A program made the position numbers and the translations under genes. Shown one piece after another: positions 19,337 to 30,009 of a stretch of 64,000 bases of DNA; the stretch's first letter is position 1, and each line of letters opens with the position of its first letter. The notes beneath the pieces were generated by a model. The model did not search any database. It was not told the origin of the DNA and saw only the letters and a program-made list of their open reading frames with translations. Source of the DNA: Candidatus Poribacteria bacterium (lineage in GTDB: Bacteria > Poribacteria > WGA-4E > PCPOR2b); assembly GCA_965208325.1 (NCBI GenBank), contig OZ242326.1, positions 1,632,001-1,696,000 of the forward strand, written 5' to 3'.

Positions 19337-21232
19337 ATGAATTACAATCAAGGTTTCCCGTTAGTTGAACTAGCTACCGCCTACCAGTCACTCCGTGATT
19401 CGGGTTTTGATTTTTCCACTGCCATCGGCGAGTTAATTGACAATTCTGTCCAAGCAAATGCACAGAGGATTGACGTTATTCCAAGAATTGTGCAGAAAGA
19501 AATTGATGGCGAACCAGGAGTGATTCCGGTCATCACCCAGATTGCTGTTGTCGATGATGGTGACGGGATGGATGAGAGAACCCTCAATGGATGTTTACAG
19601 TTAGGTTTTTCTACACGCTATAACGACAGGAAAGGCTTGGGGCGTTTCGGTGTAGGTGCAACTTCCGCTAGTATTTCTCAGTGCAAGCGCACGACTTTCT
19701 GCTCTCGCCCCAAAGGCACAAGTGATTTTCTCGCGACCTACATTGATTTGGACGAAATAGCAGACCATACCCAGACAGTCATCCCGAAACCAAGTCCGAT
19801 TCATTTGCCAAGGGATTTAAAGGACATCAGTTTTGACGATTCGAATACTATTGTAGTATGGAGTCAATGCGATCGTTTACAGCATGATGCAAATGGACGA
19901 CCTACCCAAGCAAACATACTCTTATCGGATCTGCAGAAGTGGGTATCAAGGGCATATAGGTACATCACATGGAACGGGGTGAAAATATTCATAAACGGTG
20001 AGACAGTATTGGCGCATGACCCGTTATATTTGAACGCCAGTCAAACTAGATTTCCAGATGATCCACTTGCCACAGAAGTGTATTCAGAATCCTTTGAATG
20101 GGAAGTGCCTAGGGAGCCAGAAAAAACTTCATCTATATCCGTGAAACTGTCCCTATTGCCGGAAGTGTGGCGTCAGGAACAAGGCGCTGGCGGTAGCGAA
20201 CTTGCTCGCGAACGCAGGATACCTGATAATCAAGGTATTTCAATTCTACGGAATCGTCGTGAGATTGAATATGGAAATCTTTACCCTATGGTTCCGAGTC
20301 AAGCGCACATTGATCGATGGTGGGGCCTCGAAATTAACTTTGAGCCAGTATTAGACGAGTGTTGGAAAGTAAGGAATATAAAACGGGGTGTAACTCCGAT
20401 TGAAGAATTGAGGAACAGACTCAAAAAATTACTAACTCCAAAAATCCATAAACTTCGCAAAGAAATACAGAGTTATTGGAAAACACGTATCTCAACAACT
20501 GTTGTTCATAGGATACGCGAGATAGCGTCCATGTTAATGCAAAATAGCAACATCGTGACCGTTCCTAAAGTTAAGGCTTATCTAGAAGAAACCGCGATAT
20601 CCACAGACGACATGTCGTTGGTAATAGAAGAATTAGCGTTTGAGCAAGCATGGGATTGGCGATCGAACGGTACACACAGAGAATATACACACTCCCATCC
20701 TGAGCTAACTGAATCAGAAAGAGAAATATGTTTTGAACACATCCGAAGTGCAATCGAAAATAGCGATATTGATACACAATTCAAAGATGTCGCTTTGTAT
20801 GATCTTGAACAAGCAAGAGTTTGCTATAAGTCAAAAGCGTTCAAAGCCTGCATTGTTATGTTCGGCGCAGTAATCGAAGGTTTAATGTTGGGCACGATTA
20901 GGAATGATAATACTACTCTTACTAATATCATTAAGGATCCGCACGGGGCTCCCAACATTTTCAAACCTCTTAAATTGAACCAACTTTCTAAACCGGAGGA
21001 ACTGGCGGACAGAATAAGCGAGAAAATGAAATTTGAGGATTATAAGAACATGATTTCGGTTTTCAAACCGGAAATCGAAAAACCGAAGATTGAGGAGATT
21101 CAGGGCTTTCGAAACGCTATTCATCCGTGGAAGTCTATCAAAGAACCTTACATCTTTCGAGATCCTTCTCAAATCAGAGCCCTGAACTATTTGTCATCTC
21201 TATCACTTCTGGCTAACGAAATTTTAACTTAA
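19337..21232 (+). CDS. MORC/GHKL (HATPase_c_3-like) ATPase fused to a HEPN-like C-terminal domain
   Basis: ELIDNS, DDGDGM and GRFGVG Bergerat motifs; C-terminal ACIVMFGAVIEG...FRNAIHP. Confidence 0.8.
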   Translation: MNYNQGFPLVELATAYQSLRDSGFDFSTAIGELIDNSVQANAQRIDVIPRIVQKEIDGEPGVIPVITQIAVVDDGDGMDERTLNGCLQLGFSTRYNDRKGLGRFGVGATSASISQCKRTTFCSRPKGTSDFLATYIDLDEIADHTQTVIPKPSPIHLPRDLKDISFDDSNTIVVWSQCDRLQHDANGRPTQANILLSDLQKWVSRAYRYITWNGVKIFINGETVLAHDPLYLNASQTRFPDDPLATEVYSESFEWEVPREPEKTSSISVKLSLLPEVWRQEQGAGGSELARERRIPDNQGISILRNRREIEYGNLYPMVPSQAHIDRWWGLEINFEPVLDECWKVRNIKRGVTPIEELRNRLKKLLTPKIHKLRKEIQSYWKTRISTTVVHRIREIASMLMQNSNIVTVPKVKAYLEETAISTDDMSLVIEELAFEQAWDWRSNGTHREYTHSHPELTESEREICFEHIRSAIENSDIDTQFKDVALYDLEQARVCYKSKAFKACIVMFGAVIEGLMLGTIRNDNTTLTNIIKDPHGAPNIFKPLKLNQLSKPEELADRISEKMKFEDYKNMISVFKPEIEKPKIEEIQGFRNAIHPWKSIKEPYIFRDPSQIRALNYLSSLSLLANEILT

Positions 21233-21249
21233 ACCGCATATCGTTTATT

Positions 21250-23127
21250 ATGTCTATGAAAGCTGCTGAAGATTGGATTCGTTTTCTGAGAAAATATGGA
21301 CCCATTGCTCAAAATGGCAACATGTTTGATGAGGAGATTTGGCGGACGGCAAAACGGACTGGGATCGAACCAATCACGTTTGAGCATCCATTAGCCAAAC
21401 AACTTTTCCGGTGCTTTGATTACTCCTGCAATGAATGGAAATCAGTTATTCTAACGGGAACAGCGGGTGATGGCAAAACCCATCTATGCCGTCAAGTATG
21501 GGAAAAAATTGGCGGAAGCGACGAGGAATGGCAATCAGATGAACCTTTTGTTATGACGACGGTCCAGCATCCGAACAGAGGCGAAGTCCGGCTTAATGTA
21601 ATACGAGATCTCAGCGCGTGGGTTCCACAACAGGGAATGGATTGGCCTCGAGAAAAGGCAGAACTGTTGTTGAAATTTAGTAAGTTACTCTCTGAGATTG
21701 AACCTAGGGATTTCTTTCTGATTGCAGCGAACGACGGTCAGCTTATTGAAACCTGGCGGCGATTGGAAGAGCACACGAAAAACGAAGATGTTGCAAATGC
21801 ACATAGGGAGTTTCACGATTTACTTTTTAAAGGAGAAGTAGAGGGAATTGGTCTAAGATTTTTCAACTTAAGCCAGATGAAATCTTCAGACTTATTTCAA
21901 CTGGCTTTAAAAGAGCTTTTATCACACGAACGTTGGCAGGAGTGTTTTGAGGGCGAAGCCGCACAGACAATTACTTTCGGTCCACAATCACCTATCCGGC
22001 GAAATTACGAGCTACTACGCGAACCATTGATACAGTCTCGCCTTAGCACACTATTTGAATTTTGCGACTACAATGAATTTCATGTGCCAATTCGGGAAAT
22101 TTTACTGCTTTTGGCAAACGCGATTCTTGGTCATCCCGAATGTCGGGAAAGATTGATGATTCCCAAGGATGTCGAAAGAATTCTCAACAACGGAACATTG
22201 GCAAAAGCCAGTTTATACAGCAACATCTTCGGCGGCAATCTATCTGCTACTCGTCAAGAGTCTATTCCTGTCTTCCGTTACCTGAACTTGCTGCGTATCG
22301 GCTATGAAACGACCAACAGAATTGATAATATCCTAATTTTCGGCGACACAGATGAACGGCTGCGCCTCTATTTCCAGGAATTGGTTGATAACGATGCGTT
22401 TTACGGTGCGGACAAATCTTACGAGGAAGCACGAAATGCCTACATTGAGGGGTCGGAGGAAGACGACGAGAGAAGTGTAAAATTTTTGGAATCGTTGGTC
22501 GCGCAACGCCGTGCTTTGTTCTTTAAAATCCCAACTGAATGGGAAGATGAACTAAAGCTATGGGATTTGACGGTATTCAAACACGCTGGCGCCTATCGGA
22601 CTAAGGTATTCCTAGCTTTGAAAGAAGGTAAGGAGATTGAAAGGCAAATCATCCGGCGTTTAGTCAAGGGACTCAACCGCATCTGGGTGGGTATGTTGGT
22701 TGATAGGGATCAAGATGTCTATCTGGCAACCGGACTTGCATTCTCTAACGCACGGGTGAGTCGCATTCTTGAGGAGCATATTTCGGTCGCGCCCCGATTG
22801 GGACAGAAGGTTGAGATTATCTTGAGAAACAGTGATGAGATGCCAATGATTCAGGTCGTGTTGGCCCCAACAATTGAACGATCTTTTGCGCTGACTTTGA
22901 CCCGTTTCGAGTTTCTCAACAGGGTTGCCGACGGTGCGCTCCCCAACAGTTTCTCCAAAGAATGTTACGAAGATGTCATGACTTTCAAGAGTCGGGTATT
23001 GGCGGCGCTTGCGGAGCGCCGTATCCGGGATGAAGAAGCACAATATTCAGAACTAACCCTTCGTCTTTTAGGTGTTGACGAACACGGAAATCCCACCGAG
23101 GAAATCGTGGAGTTGCCAAATGTCTGA
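21250..23127 (+). CDS. P-loop NTPase, SspF/DptF-like restriction component
   Basis: ILTGTAGDGKT Walker A, IAANDGQL, IREILLL; first of three coupled genes ending in an FtsK-like ATPase. Confidence 0.7.
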   Translation: MSMKAAEDWIRFLRKYGPIAQNGNMFDEEIWRTAKRTGIEPITFEHPLAKQLFRCFDYSCNEWKSVILTGTAGDGKTHLCRQVWEKIGGSDEEWQSDEPFVMTTVQHPNRGEVRLNVIRDLSAWVPQQGMDWPREKAELLLKFSKLLSEIEPRDFFLIAANDGQLIETWRRLEEHTKNEDVANAHREFHDLLFKGEVEGIGLRFFNLSQMKSSDLFQLALKELLSHERWQECFEGEAAQTITFGPQSPIRRNYELLREPLIQSRLSTLFEFCDYNEFHVPIREILLLLANAILGHPECRERLMIPKDVERILNNGTLAKASLYSNIFGGNLSATRQESIPVFRYLNLLRIGYETTNRIDNILIFGDTDERLRLYFQELVDNDAFYGADKSYEEARNAYIEGSEEDDERSVKFLESLVAQRRALFFKIPTEWEDELKLWDLTVFKHAGAYRTKVFLALKEGKEIERQIIRRLVKGLNRIWVGMLVDRDQDVYLATGLAFSNARVSRILEEHISVAPRLGQKVEIILRNSDEMPMIQVVLAPTIERSFALTLTRFEFLNRVADGALPNSFSKECYEDVMTFKSRVLAALAERRIRDEEAQYSELTLRLLGVDEHGNPTEEIVELPNV

Positions 23128-24700
23128 GTATCTGAAGGCGGGAAATATCGTATCGAATATGCATTGTCGAAGTGACCATCCGAGCATCTCCCCTTGGTTG
23201 GACGAACAGATTTGGGGACACCGCATTTTGGACGACCAGAGTCCTTGGCTACTTTTTCTGGAATTCTTAACGGTTGCCGAAGCCTGTCATCGTGAACATA
23301 GACTATTTGACGAATGCGGGGTGGCGTTTCCATTACAATTTAGACCTTATCAACGACTTTACTTGAGAAACATCCTTTTCAAAAATGGGTTTGTTGATGG
23401 TGTTGACGCGACACACAGCGATGGCGGCGTTTGGGAGGAGTGGATTCAACGAATGAACACCGAAGCGGATGGGGTCACAACACGTACTTTTTCGTATCTC
23501 AAAGACAAGTTTTCATCATTTCACGATTTCGTGACCATCGTCGGAACACTTAGTGACACCGCGATTGAAGGTGACAGGAATAGGAGATGGTCGTCGCGTT
23601 TTGTATTTCCTTTCGGGCGGCACGGTCTGTACGAAGACCTTAATGTAAGAGGTAGCAGTGTTTCTCGCGAATACATCTACTTCGGGCGGACCGGTGAACT
23701 CCTCTACCTGATGCTCTGTCGCTCAAAGTTTGCAGAAGATCTGCGCGAGCCTATAAAACTGTTGTTTGACGAGGATAACTACCTCAATAAATTGCTCCAA
23801 CGCCTACAACCTGATGAAGATGACGACCTGCATCGTAGAGGACAGAGCTATCTTCCTTATATAAAGCATCACTGCTTTGATTTGCTTGGTGAGGATTGGA
23901 AGAACATCTTCGACCTGAATCTACCGGGATTTGATTCCTACCAGTTTTTGGTAGAACTCAGCGCATTACATGTGATGCTGTACCAGCTTAACACGGCCAC
24001 GTGGTTCATACCGGAGTGCCGGAAGGTTCACTTCATTTGCGAGGTGATTGCCCCTCAAAAAACACTCATCCGAGAATTGTCGATTGCCAGCTACCAAGAA
24101 AACAGCGTGTTGACGACGAAGGCCGTTGATACATACATCTCCCGTATTTCGGAGTCCAAGGATTGGTTGGCGATTACTGAAGGTTCTACAGGGGAAGATG
24201 CGTTTATTAAATGCTGGGAGATTCTTCAAGATGTATTCTGGTGGCCGCCTACCCAATCTAACGCTTCCAATAGGTACGATGGGCCATCAAACCCATCCGA
24301 ACTTCTCAAACAACTCAGAGAGATTGCTCGAAAAGGACATCTGCAACACGCAGGCAAAGTTCACCGCTCTTATGGAGGCGCGGTCGGATTGATCTCTCGG
24401 CGCGGCACAAATCGACTTCGCTATGCTCCAAACGACACCTTCCTCAAAACCATGGTGGTCGCCAATGTTCGAGAACGTAAGGAATTTAACCAATTCTTAA
24501 GCGATCTCTACAGGCGGTATGGGCTAGTTTTTGGAGAGAAAGAAGCCTCGGATGCTCTTCCAACTAAAGCATTTGACCAGAAAGTCTTTCAAGCAAATAC
24601 CGAGCGTTTGGAACGACGACTTTCCAGCATGGGCATGTTGCGCCGCCTTTCCGACTCCTGCGCTTACGTCATAAATCCATTTGGGAAGGAACAAAAATGA
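23120..24700 (+). CDS. SspG/DptG-like protein
   Basis: Overlaps both neighbours; C-terminal L..LY.RYG..FG and L.SMG.L.RLSD.CAYV.NP pattern reminiscent of DptG-like proteins. Confidence 0.6.
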   Translation: MSEYLKAGNIVSNMHCRSDHPSISPWLDEQIWGHRILDDQSPWLLFLEFLTVAEACHREHRLFDECGVAFPLQFRPYQRLYLRNILFKNGFVDGVDATHSDGGVWEEWIQRMNTEADGVTTRTFSYLKDKFSSFHDFVTIVGTLSDTAIEGDRNRRWSSRFVFPFGRHGLYEDLNVRGSSVSREYIYFGRTGELLYLMLCRSKFAEDLREPIKLLFDEDNYLNKLLQRLQPDEDDDLHRRGQSYLPYIKHHCFDLLGEDWKNIFDLNLPGFDSYQFLVELSALHVMLYQLNTATWFIPECRKVHFICEVIAPQKTLIRELSIASYQENSVLTTKAVDTYISRISESKDWLAITEGSTGEDAFIKCWEILQDVFWWPPTQSNASNRYDGPSNPSELLKQLREIARKGHLQHAGKVHRSYGGAVGLISRRGTNRLRYAPNDTFLKTMVVANVRERKEFNQFLSDLYRRYGLVFGEKEASDALPTKAFDQKVFQANTERLERRLSSMGMLRRLSDSCAYVINPFGKEQK

Positions 24701-27700
24701 CGACTGACCAACTGATTGGACAAGTTGGCGCAAGATATCTGCGAGTAAAACTTGATGAAGCTGACGACTCCGACGATACTGCTCGATACCTCATAGATCG
24801 GCTCTCGAAGGGACAGACCGCAGCCATTGCACGGGCGATATTGGCCGATGCAGTGCTTAGCGAAAAGGTTGAGATTAAGTTGCCAACTCGTTTCATGCAG
24901 GGGCAGAAGCTACCCGATTTGGTTCTGACCGAAGAAAGGGCAACATACTATCGTAATGCTCGATGCAGCAAGGCAGCTCTCTTACTCGCTACGACGGGTG
25001 ATGACGAAGCGCAATCGCTCAATCACCTCACCCCGATTGGTATTGCCCAGCTGATGGATAACCCCAATTTTTGGGTTGATGTTGCCTCAACAGATGCAAA
25101 TCTTTCGGAGAGTAATCAAAAATGGTGGGAGAAGGCGCTCAATGCGCTATTCCAGTTAAACATCTGCTCGCTAGCGCAGATTGCCCAGTACATTCTGCAA
25201 ACCCGCAACGCTATTGTCGATGATGGACACCCTGTTGTACATGCGCTTGACGCGGCACTACCGGCACTTCAAATTCCCAGAGGCACGGGGGATTTCAATG
25301 GAATTAGGGACAATTATCGAGGTCATACCGCCCAATGGCGGAGACGTTTCGAGTCTGCTCATCGCAAATATGCTTGTTACCTTCGCAAATATACCCCAAA
25401 CCAGACGCTCCTGAATGAGGATGAACTCACGGCGGCTTTCGCCGCGGCAAAGGATGCCATCCCCGAAAATTACCATTCTCTGATTGTGGCGTTCATCGGA
25501 GCCCCAACCGGGTGGAATTACCACGCCCAGGAATTGGCTGGATGTGAATGGAGCGTCGTTGGTCAACCGTTGTTTGAACGGCTGAAGCCAGAAAAGAAGA
25601 GTATTGGGGAACTGACTTTTGCATTCTATGATGAGCGTGAACCGGAACTTCTCACTGAATCCGAGCGGGATTATTTGCAGCGACTCAAGCGGCGCGGGAG
25701 ACTTCCAAAAAATGATGATGAAGAGGATAAAGAGTTTTACGAAGACCATCGAAATGAACTCAAGGAAGACCGCAAACTTAAGTCGTTATGGGACCGGTTT
25801 ATTTTCAAAACCCCGCTGGAGTCAGACGATTTCTTGGTTGGGCTAATACAATGCATCGAAAGACTTCTTGGCGCAAAATCGACCAGCGGGGAAACGCGAA
25901 TGACAATTCGTTGTGACCGTCGATCGAGAAAAGATCTCAGAGACCTCAACGTCGAGGCAGGGCTTTATTTTGCCACGCGCTATCGTGGATTGCCAACGTT
26001 GTTCGGACCGAAAGTAACTTGGGCACCGGAGTTCGATCAACTCTTTTCTTTTTCAGAATTGGTAGAAACTTGGCGTGGTGAAAGTGGTTCAAGACTGTGT
26101 GTTTCAACGGCGAAAGCATCGCGACAGATTAAATTCACGATCGAACTTAGTGCCCCAGATGATACTGCAAAGCACGCAACCCAACTTATTTGGGACTTTA
26201 ACCTTAATAGCATCACCACCCAATTTCACAGCGATTTTAATCGTCTTGTGGAACACCCGCTAGTCTTTTGTCATACAACGCGCGAGCCTATCAGTACCAA
26301 AGGCGAATTCCAACCCCTTGACCTTTCCAACGTGAAGTCATTTGGCCCGGCCTATGGAAAGGAGCGTGGTTCTTTTGTCTCCGTCTACACAGAGGACAAC
26401 GATGTCGCTGAAACATGGCTTGAAAATTTGAAAGAAGCAAAACACCAACACCTTCGGACCGACGACGATGCACAACAGATTCGGTCGAGATTTGAAGTCT
26501 TTCGCGCATCCTATGCCGCGGCAATTGCCGGATTCATGAAGCGTGGAGTGGCTTGCGCCGAACTGCTAGATCAGTTATCCGATTACGCGGAACTTTTGGA
26601 GACATTATGCCGCAACGCCAAAGGGGACCGTAATCGGGAGTTGCTCTTAAACCCACTTTTGAAAATCGGCGCTGTTACGGTGGATGGCGGACAGCTTGCA
26701 ACAGTTGTTACTCCGTGGAATCCGCTTCGCTTGGCCGCCATGGCAGTAAAGGCAAAACAAGTAGCAGAACTTCTTCAACGTTTGCTTACCGCTGAAGACC
26801 TAGCTTTTGGCAATGCAGAGCGATTCTATTTCCGCGAAATTGAAGAAGCCTTGGCGCATCCCTATTACCCTGAAGTTGTTATAGGTTGGGATCGCGGTGA
26901 ACCCAAACTGTTGTCACTGACCGATTTTGTGGGAGATTACAGTCTACACGAACACCCGGTTGTGACCGACGAGGCTAGCGATGGCACAAATGACAACCCT
27001 GAAGGAGCTTCCAACCTTGTAACTGATCAAATTGACCGTTATTTGCAACTTCAACCCCATGCTCAGACTAACCTCTCTGTCGTCCTGTACAACTGCGATT
27101 CTGTTCGCCTTCCGCAAGCGGTTGTCGAGAAAATTCTTAAGAAGTACGAAGAAAACGAAGATGTTCTTTGCCAGATTGTGCTTCGGCATCGGAATAAGAA
27201 ACGTCTGCGTGGACTCTATGAGCAGATTATCCAAAGTAGTGGTGAAGAAGTTGATGCCTTCAGTGCCAGCGAAGCAACCAAGGATTTCATGGCTCGTCTG
27301 CGCATCAATATCATCGCTGATCAGGTGTCGCAACCAGATAAACGGGATGGCTGCCCTATGGACATCGTGTTTTCCCAAGATGTCATCGCTCGTCATGCCG
27401 GAATCGAGTGGTACAGTGAAGATGCTCGACCTGTCGAACTTCTCAAGGTCTTCCCTTCTCGCTGGTCGCGCCGCCGTCCCGCGTTCAAAGACGATATGAA
27501 GTCTGTTGTTTATCTCTGCTGTCCCGTTCAAAGCCGTGAAGTCTGGACGTATTTGACAACAATGGCAACTATACTAAAGAGTGATTGGGACGAAAACGAA
27601 ACAAGGCGACTATTGCCCGCCAGACAATTAGATTTTCAAAAACAAGAAATGACCAGTATTTTTGAGGAGACACACAATCTTGGAAACTGGGTAATTAACT

Positions 27701-30009
27701 ACGATGAAATTCTTGATCGCCGCCAAGTGGAGAATCAAAATGCTCGTGTCATTCGATACAAGCAGTCCGCCACGCAGGGACGGAATACAATCATTTCATC
27801 AAAGGCGAATCTCGAATTTCTCGAAAACATGCTTGTACGTCGTTTAAAGGCACTCGCACTTGATTTGGACGAAGCCGCATACCAACGACTTGCAGGGGAG
27901 TTTTGTGACGATGCCAACAGGATTTCCGGCGACATAGTGCTCCGTGCCGCCAGACGCGGACGAAACGCCAGTGAGCTCATCGGAGTAGTTTTGAGCCGAT
28001 TCCTTATCCGGCATGAGCTGAATGATAATGACTACTTTGGCTGGTATTTTCTTGACGATTATGCGGAATGGTTGGGGTTACGAGAAGGACGAATTGCAGA
28101 TATATTGGCAATGAGTCCATCTCAGTCACAAAACGGTAAATTGAGACTAGACATCGTTGTTTCTGAAGCGAAATACATCAGTGCTAGCAATCTGTTAAGA
28201 AAAAAGGAAGAATCCCAAAAGCAACTCCGCGACACTCTTAACCGAATTGCTGACGCACTCTTCGGTCAACCGGAACGTTTGGATAAGCCAATTTGGTTGT
28301 CTCGGTTGTCCGACTTGGTTGTTGAAGGGCTCCAATTGCCGGCGAGCGCGAATATTAATCTTTCCCATTGGCGCTACTCCATGAGAGAAGGTAAATGTGA
28401 AATTTTCCTGCGCGGTTATTCACATGTTTTTGTTTCAGACTCTCCAAGCGTGGAGTGTTCAGATCTGATTTCGGTAGCAAATTGTGATGACGCATACCAG
28501 GAAGTTTTTTCACATGCAAAGGTCCGAGAGCTTGTCCTGTTATACATGAAGGATGGCGACCCGATTTCGATCAGGCGAGATAACCTAGCAGAGGAAATTT
28601 GGACAATCAAAAACTATCGTGAACCATTAGATGGCACGCGAACTGTTGTAAGCTCTGCCGAATTTCGTAACATTCAATCTGAAGCGGAACGCGAAGAAAT
28701 GGAAGTTGAAGTTCAATCTGCTGCGGAATCGGTTCATCTGAACGATGAATCGAATCCAGCGGGCAAGGACGAATGTCAAAATCAAAACAGTAACAATCTG
28801 CATGCCGTCATTTCTGAAATCTGGTCATATAAGGGAGTCACTAAGTTTTTAGCCAGATATCATGGAAGCGAAGTTGAATCCCAATATGGCGAACAGTGGT
28901 TAGATCAAACGGCGCGACAATGCAGAGCCGCGCTTCAACAGTTTCAGCTTCAAGCCAAACTGCTTAACAGCATTCTCACTCCGAACGCCGCATTGCTGAA
29001 GTTCCAAGGAAGCGCGGATCTGACCGTGGAACAGGTGTCAAGGCGACGCAGTGAGTTCTTGACAACTTATGGACTCAATCTAATTTCAGTACGACCTGAA
29101 CCGGGGAAAGTAGCAATCTCAGTTGCCCGTCCAGAACGCCGGATCTTGTACCTGCCACAAATCTGGCGAAACTGGGCTAAGTACGCACCCAACCACGATG
29201 AGGGAGTCCGCAACGGAGGCAACCAAAAACTCCTAATCGGTCTGAAGGAAGAAGACAGTAGTCCACTTTTTTTATCACCCAGAGAGAATGCCCCGCACAC
29301 GTTGATTGCAGGTTCGACCGGTAGCGGCAAGTCTGTTCTGATGCAAAACATTATCCTTGGCATCGCCGCCACCAATACGCCGGAGCAAGCCCACATCGTT
29401 CTAATAGATCCGAAGATGGGCGTGGATTATTTTGCGTTTGAGGATTTACCTCACTTGCAAGGAGGTGTGATTGACGACCAAGAAGCGGCCGTTGAACATC
29501 TGAACCAGCTGATATCAGAAATGAATCGTCGATACAAAGTGCTTCGGCAGAACCGGGTGAGCGACATTTTCGACCTTAATGCTAAGCCAAGTGCGACGGA
29601 ACATTTGCCGGTCCTTTGGATCATCCACGATGAATTTGCGGAGTGGATGATGACTGAAGAATACAAGAATACAGTTACTAATGTTGTGTCGCGTCTAGGT
29701 GTAAAGGCAAGGGCGGCAGGAATCTTCCTCGTCTTCGCAGCCCAGCGCCCAGACAATCACGTTATGCCAATGCAGCTACGAGCAAACTTAGGCAACCGAT
29801 TAATCCTTCAGGTCGATGGCGAAGGTACATCCGAAATTGCCCTAGGTGAACCCGGAGCTGAACGTCTGTTGGGCAAAGGACATTTGGCAGCAAAATTGGT
29901 GGGGGAATCTACCGTTATTACGGCTCAAGTGCCATTCGTGAACACCGAGGACTTGGAAGAGATTGTCAGACGGATTCAACTGGAAGAGATGCAAGAGACC
30001 ACGCCATGA
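24697..30009 (+). CDS. Large FtsK/SpoIIIE-domain ATPase (SspH/DptH-like) with a putative PD-(D/E)xK motif
   Basis: HTLIAGSTGSGKS, LIDPK, IHDEFAEW, KARAAGIFLVFAAQRP, LRANL, GAERLLGKG; central IADILA...SEAKY. Confidence 0.8.
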   Translation: MTTDQLIGQVGARYLRVKLDEADDSDDTARYLIDRLSKGQTAAIARAILADAVLSEKVEIKLPTRFMQGQKLPDLVLTEERATYYRNARCSKAALLLATTGDDEAQSLNHLTPIGIAQLMDNPNFWVDVASTDANLSESNQKWWEKALNALFQLNICSLAQIAQYILQTRNAIVDDGHPVVHALDAALPALQIPRGTGDFNGIRDNYRGHTAQWRRRFESAHRKYACYLRKYTPNQTLLNEDELTAAFAAAKDAIPENYHSLIVAFIGAPTGWNYHAQELAGCEWSVVGQPLFERLKPEKKSIGELTFAFYDEREPELLTESERDYLQRLKRRGRLPKNDDEEDKEFYEDHRNELKEDRKLKSLWDRFIFKTPLESDDFLVGLIQCIERLLGAKSTSGETRMTIRCDRRSRKDLRDLNVEAGLYFATRYRGLPTLFGPKVTWAPEFDQLFSFSELVETWRGESGSRLCVSTAKASRQIKFTIELSAPDDTAKHATQLIWDFNLNSITTQFHSDFNRLVEHPLVFCHTTREPISTKGEFQPLDLSNVKSFGPAYGKERGSFVSVYTEDNDVAETWLENLKEAKHQHLRTDDDAQQIRSRFEVFRASYAAAIAGFMKRGVACAELLDQLSDYAELLETLCRNAKGDRNRELLLNPLLKIGAVTVDGGQLATVVTPWNPLRLAAMAVKAKQVAELLQRLLTAEDLAFGNAERFYFREIEEALAHPYYPEVVIGWDRGEPKLLSLTDFVGDYSLHEHPVVTDEASDGTNDNPEGASNLVTDQIDRYLQLQPHAQTNLSVVLYNCDSVRLPQAVVEKILKKYEENEDVLCQIVLRHRNKKRLRGLYEQIIQSSGEEVDAFSASEATKDFMARLRINIIADQVSQPDKRDGCPMDIVFSQDVIARHAGIEWYSEDARPVELLKVFPSRWSRRRPAFKDDMKSVVYLCCPVQSREVWTYLTTMATILKSDWDENETRRLLPARQLDFQKQEMTSIFEETHNLGNWVINYDEILDRRQVENQNARVIRYKQSATQGRNTIISSKANLEFLENMLVRRLKALALDLDEAAYQRLAGEFCDDANRISGDIVLRAARRGRNASELIGVVLSRFLIRHELNDNDYFGWYFLDDYAEWLGLREGRIADILAMSPSQSQNGKLRLDIVVSEAKYISASNLLRKKEESQKQLRDTLNRIADALFGQPERLDKPIWLSRLSDLVVEGLQLPASANINLSHWRYSMREGKCEIFLRGYSHVFVSDSPSVECSDLISVANCDDAYQEVFSHAKVRELVLLYMKDGDPISIRRDNLAEEIWTIKNYREPLDGTRTVVSSAEFRNIQSEAEREEMEVEVQSAAESVHLNDESNPAGKDECQNQNSNNLHAVISEIWSYKGVTKFLARYHGSEVESQYGEQWLDQTARQCRAALQQFQLQAKLLNSILTPNAALLKFQGSADLTVEQVSRRRSEFLTTYGLNLISVRPEPGKVAISVARPERRILYLPQIWRNWAKYAPNHDEGVRNGGNQKLLIGLKEEDSSPLFLSPRENAPHTLIAGSTGSGKSVLMQNIILGIAATNTPEQAHIVLIDPKMGVDYFAFEDLPHLQGGVIDDQEAAVEHLNQLISEMNRRYKVLRQNRVSDIFDLNAKPSATEHLPVLWIIHDEFAEWMMTEEYKNTVTNVVSRLGVKARAAGIFLVFAAQRPDNHVMPMQLRANLGNRLILQVDGEGTSEIALGEPGAERLLGKGHLAAKLVGESTVITAQVPFVNTEDLEEIVRRIQLEEMQETTP

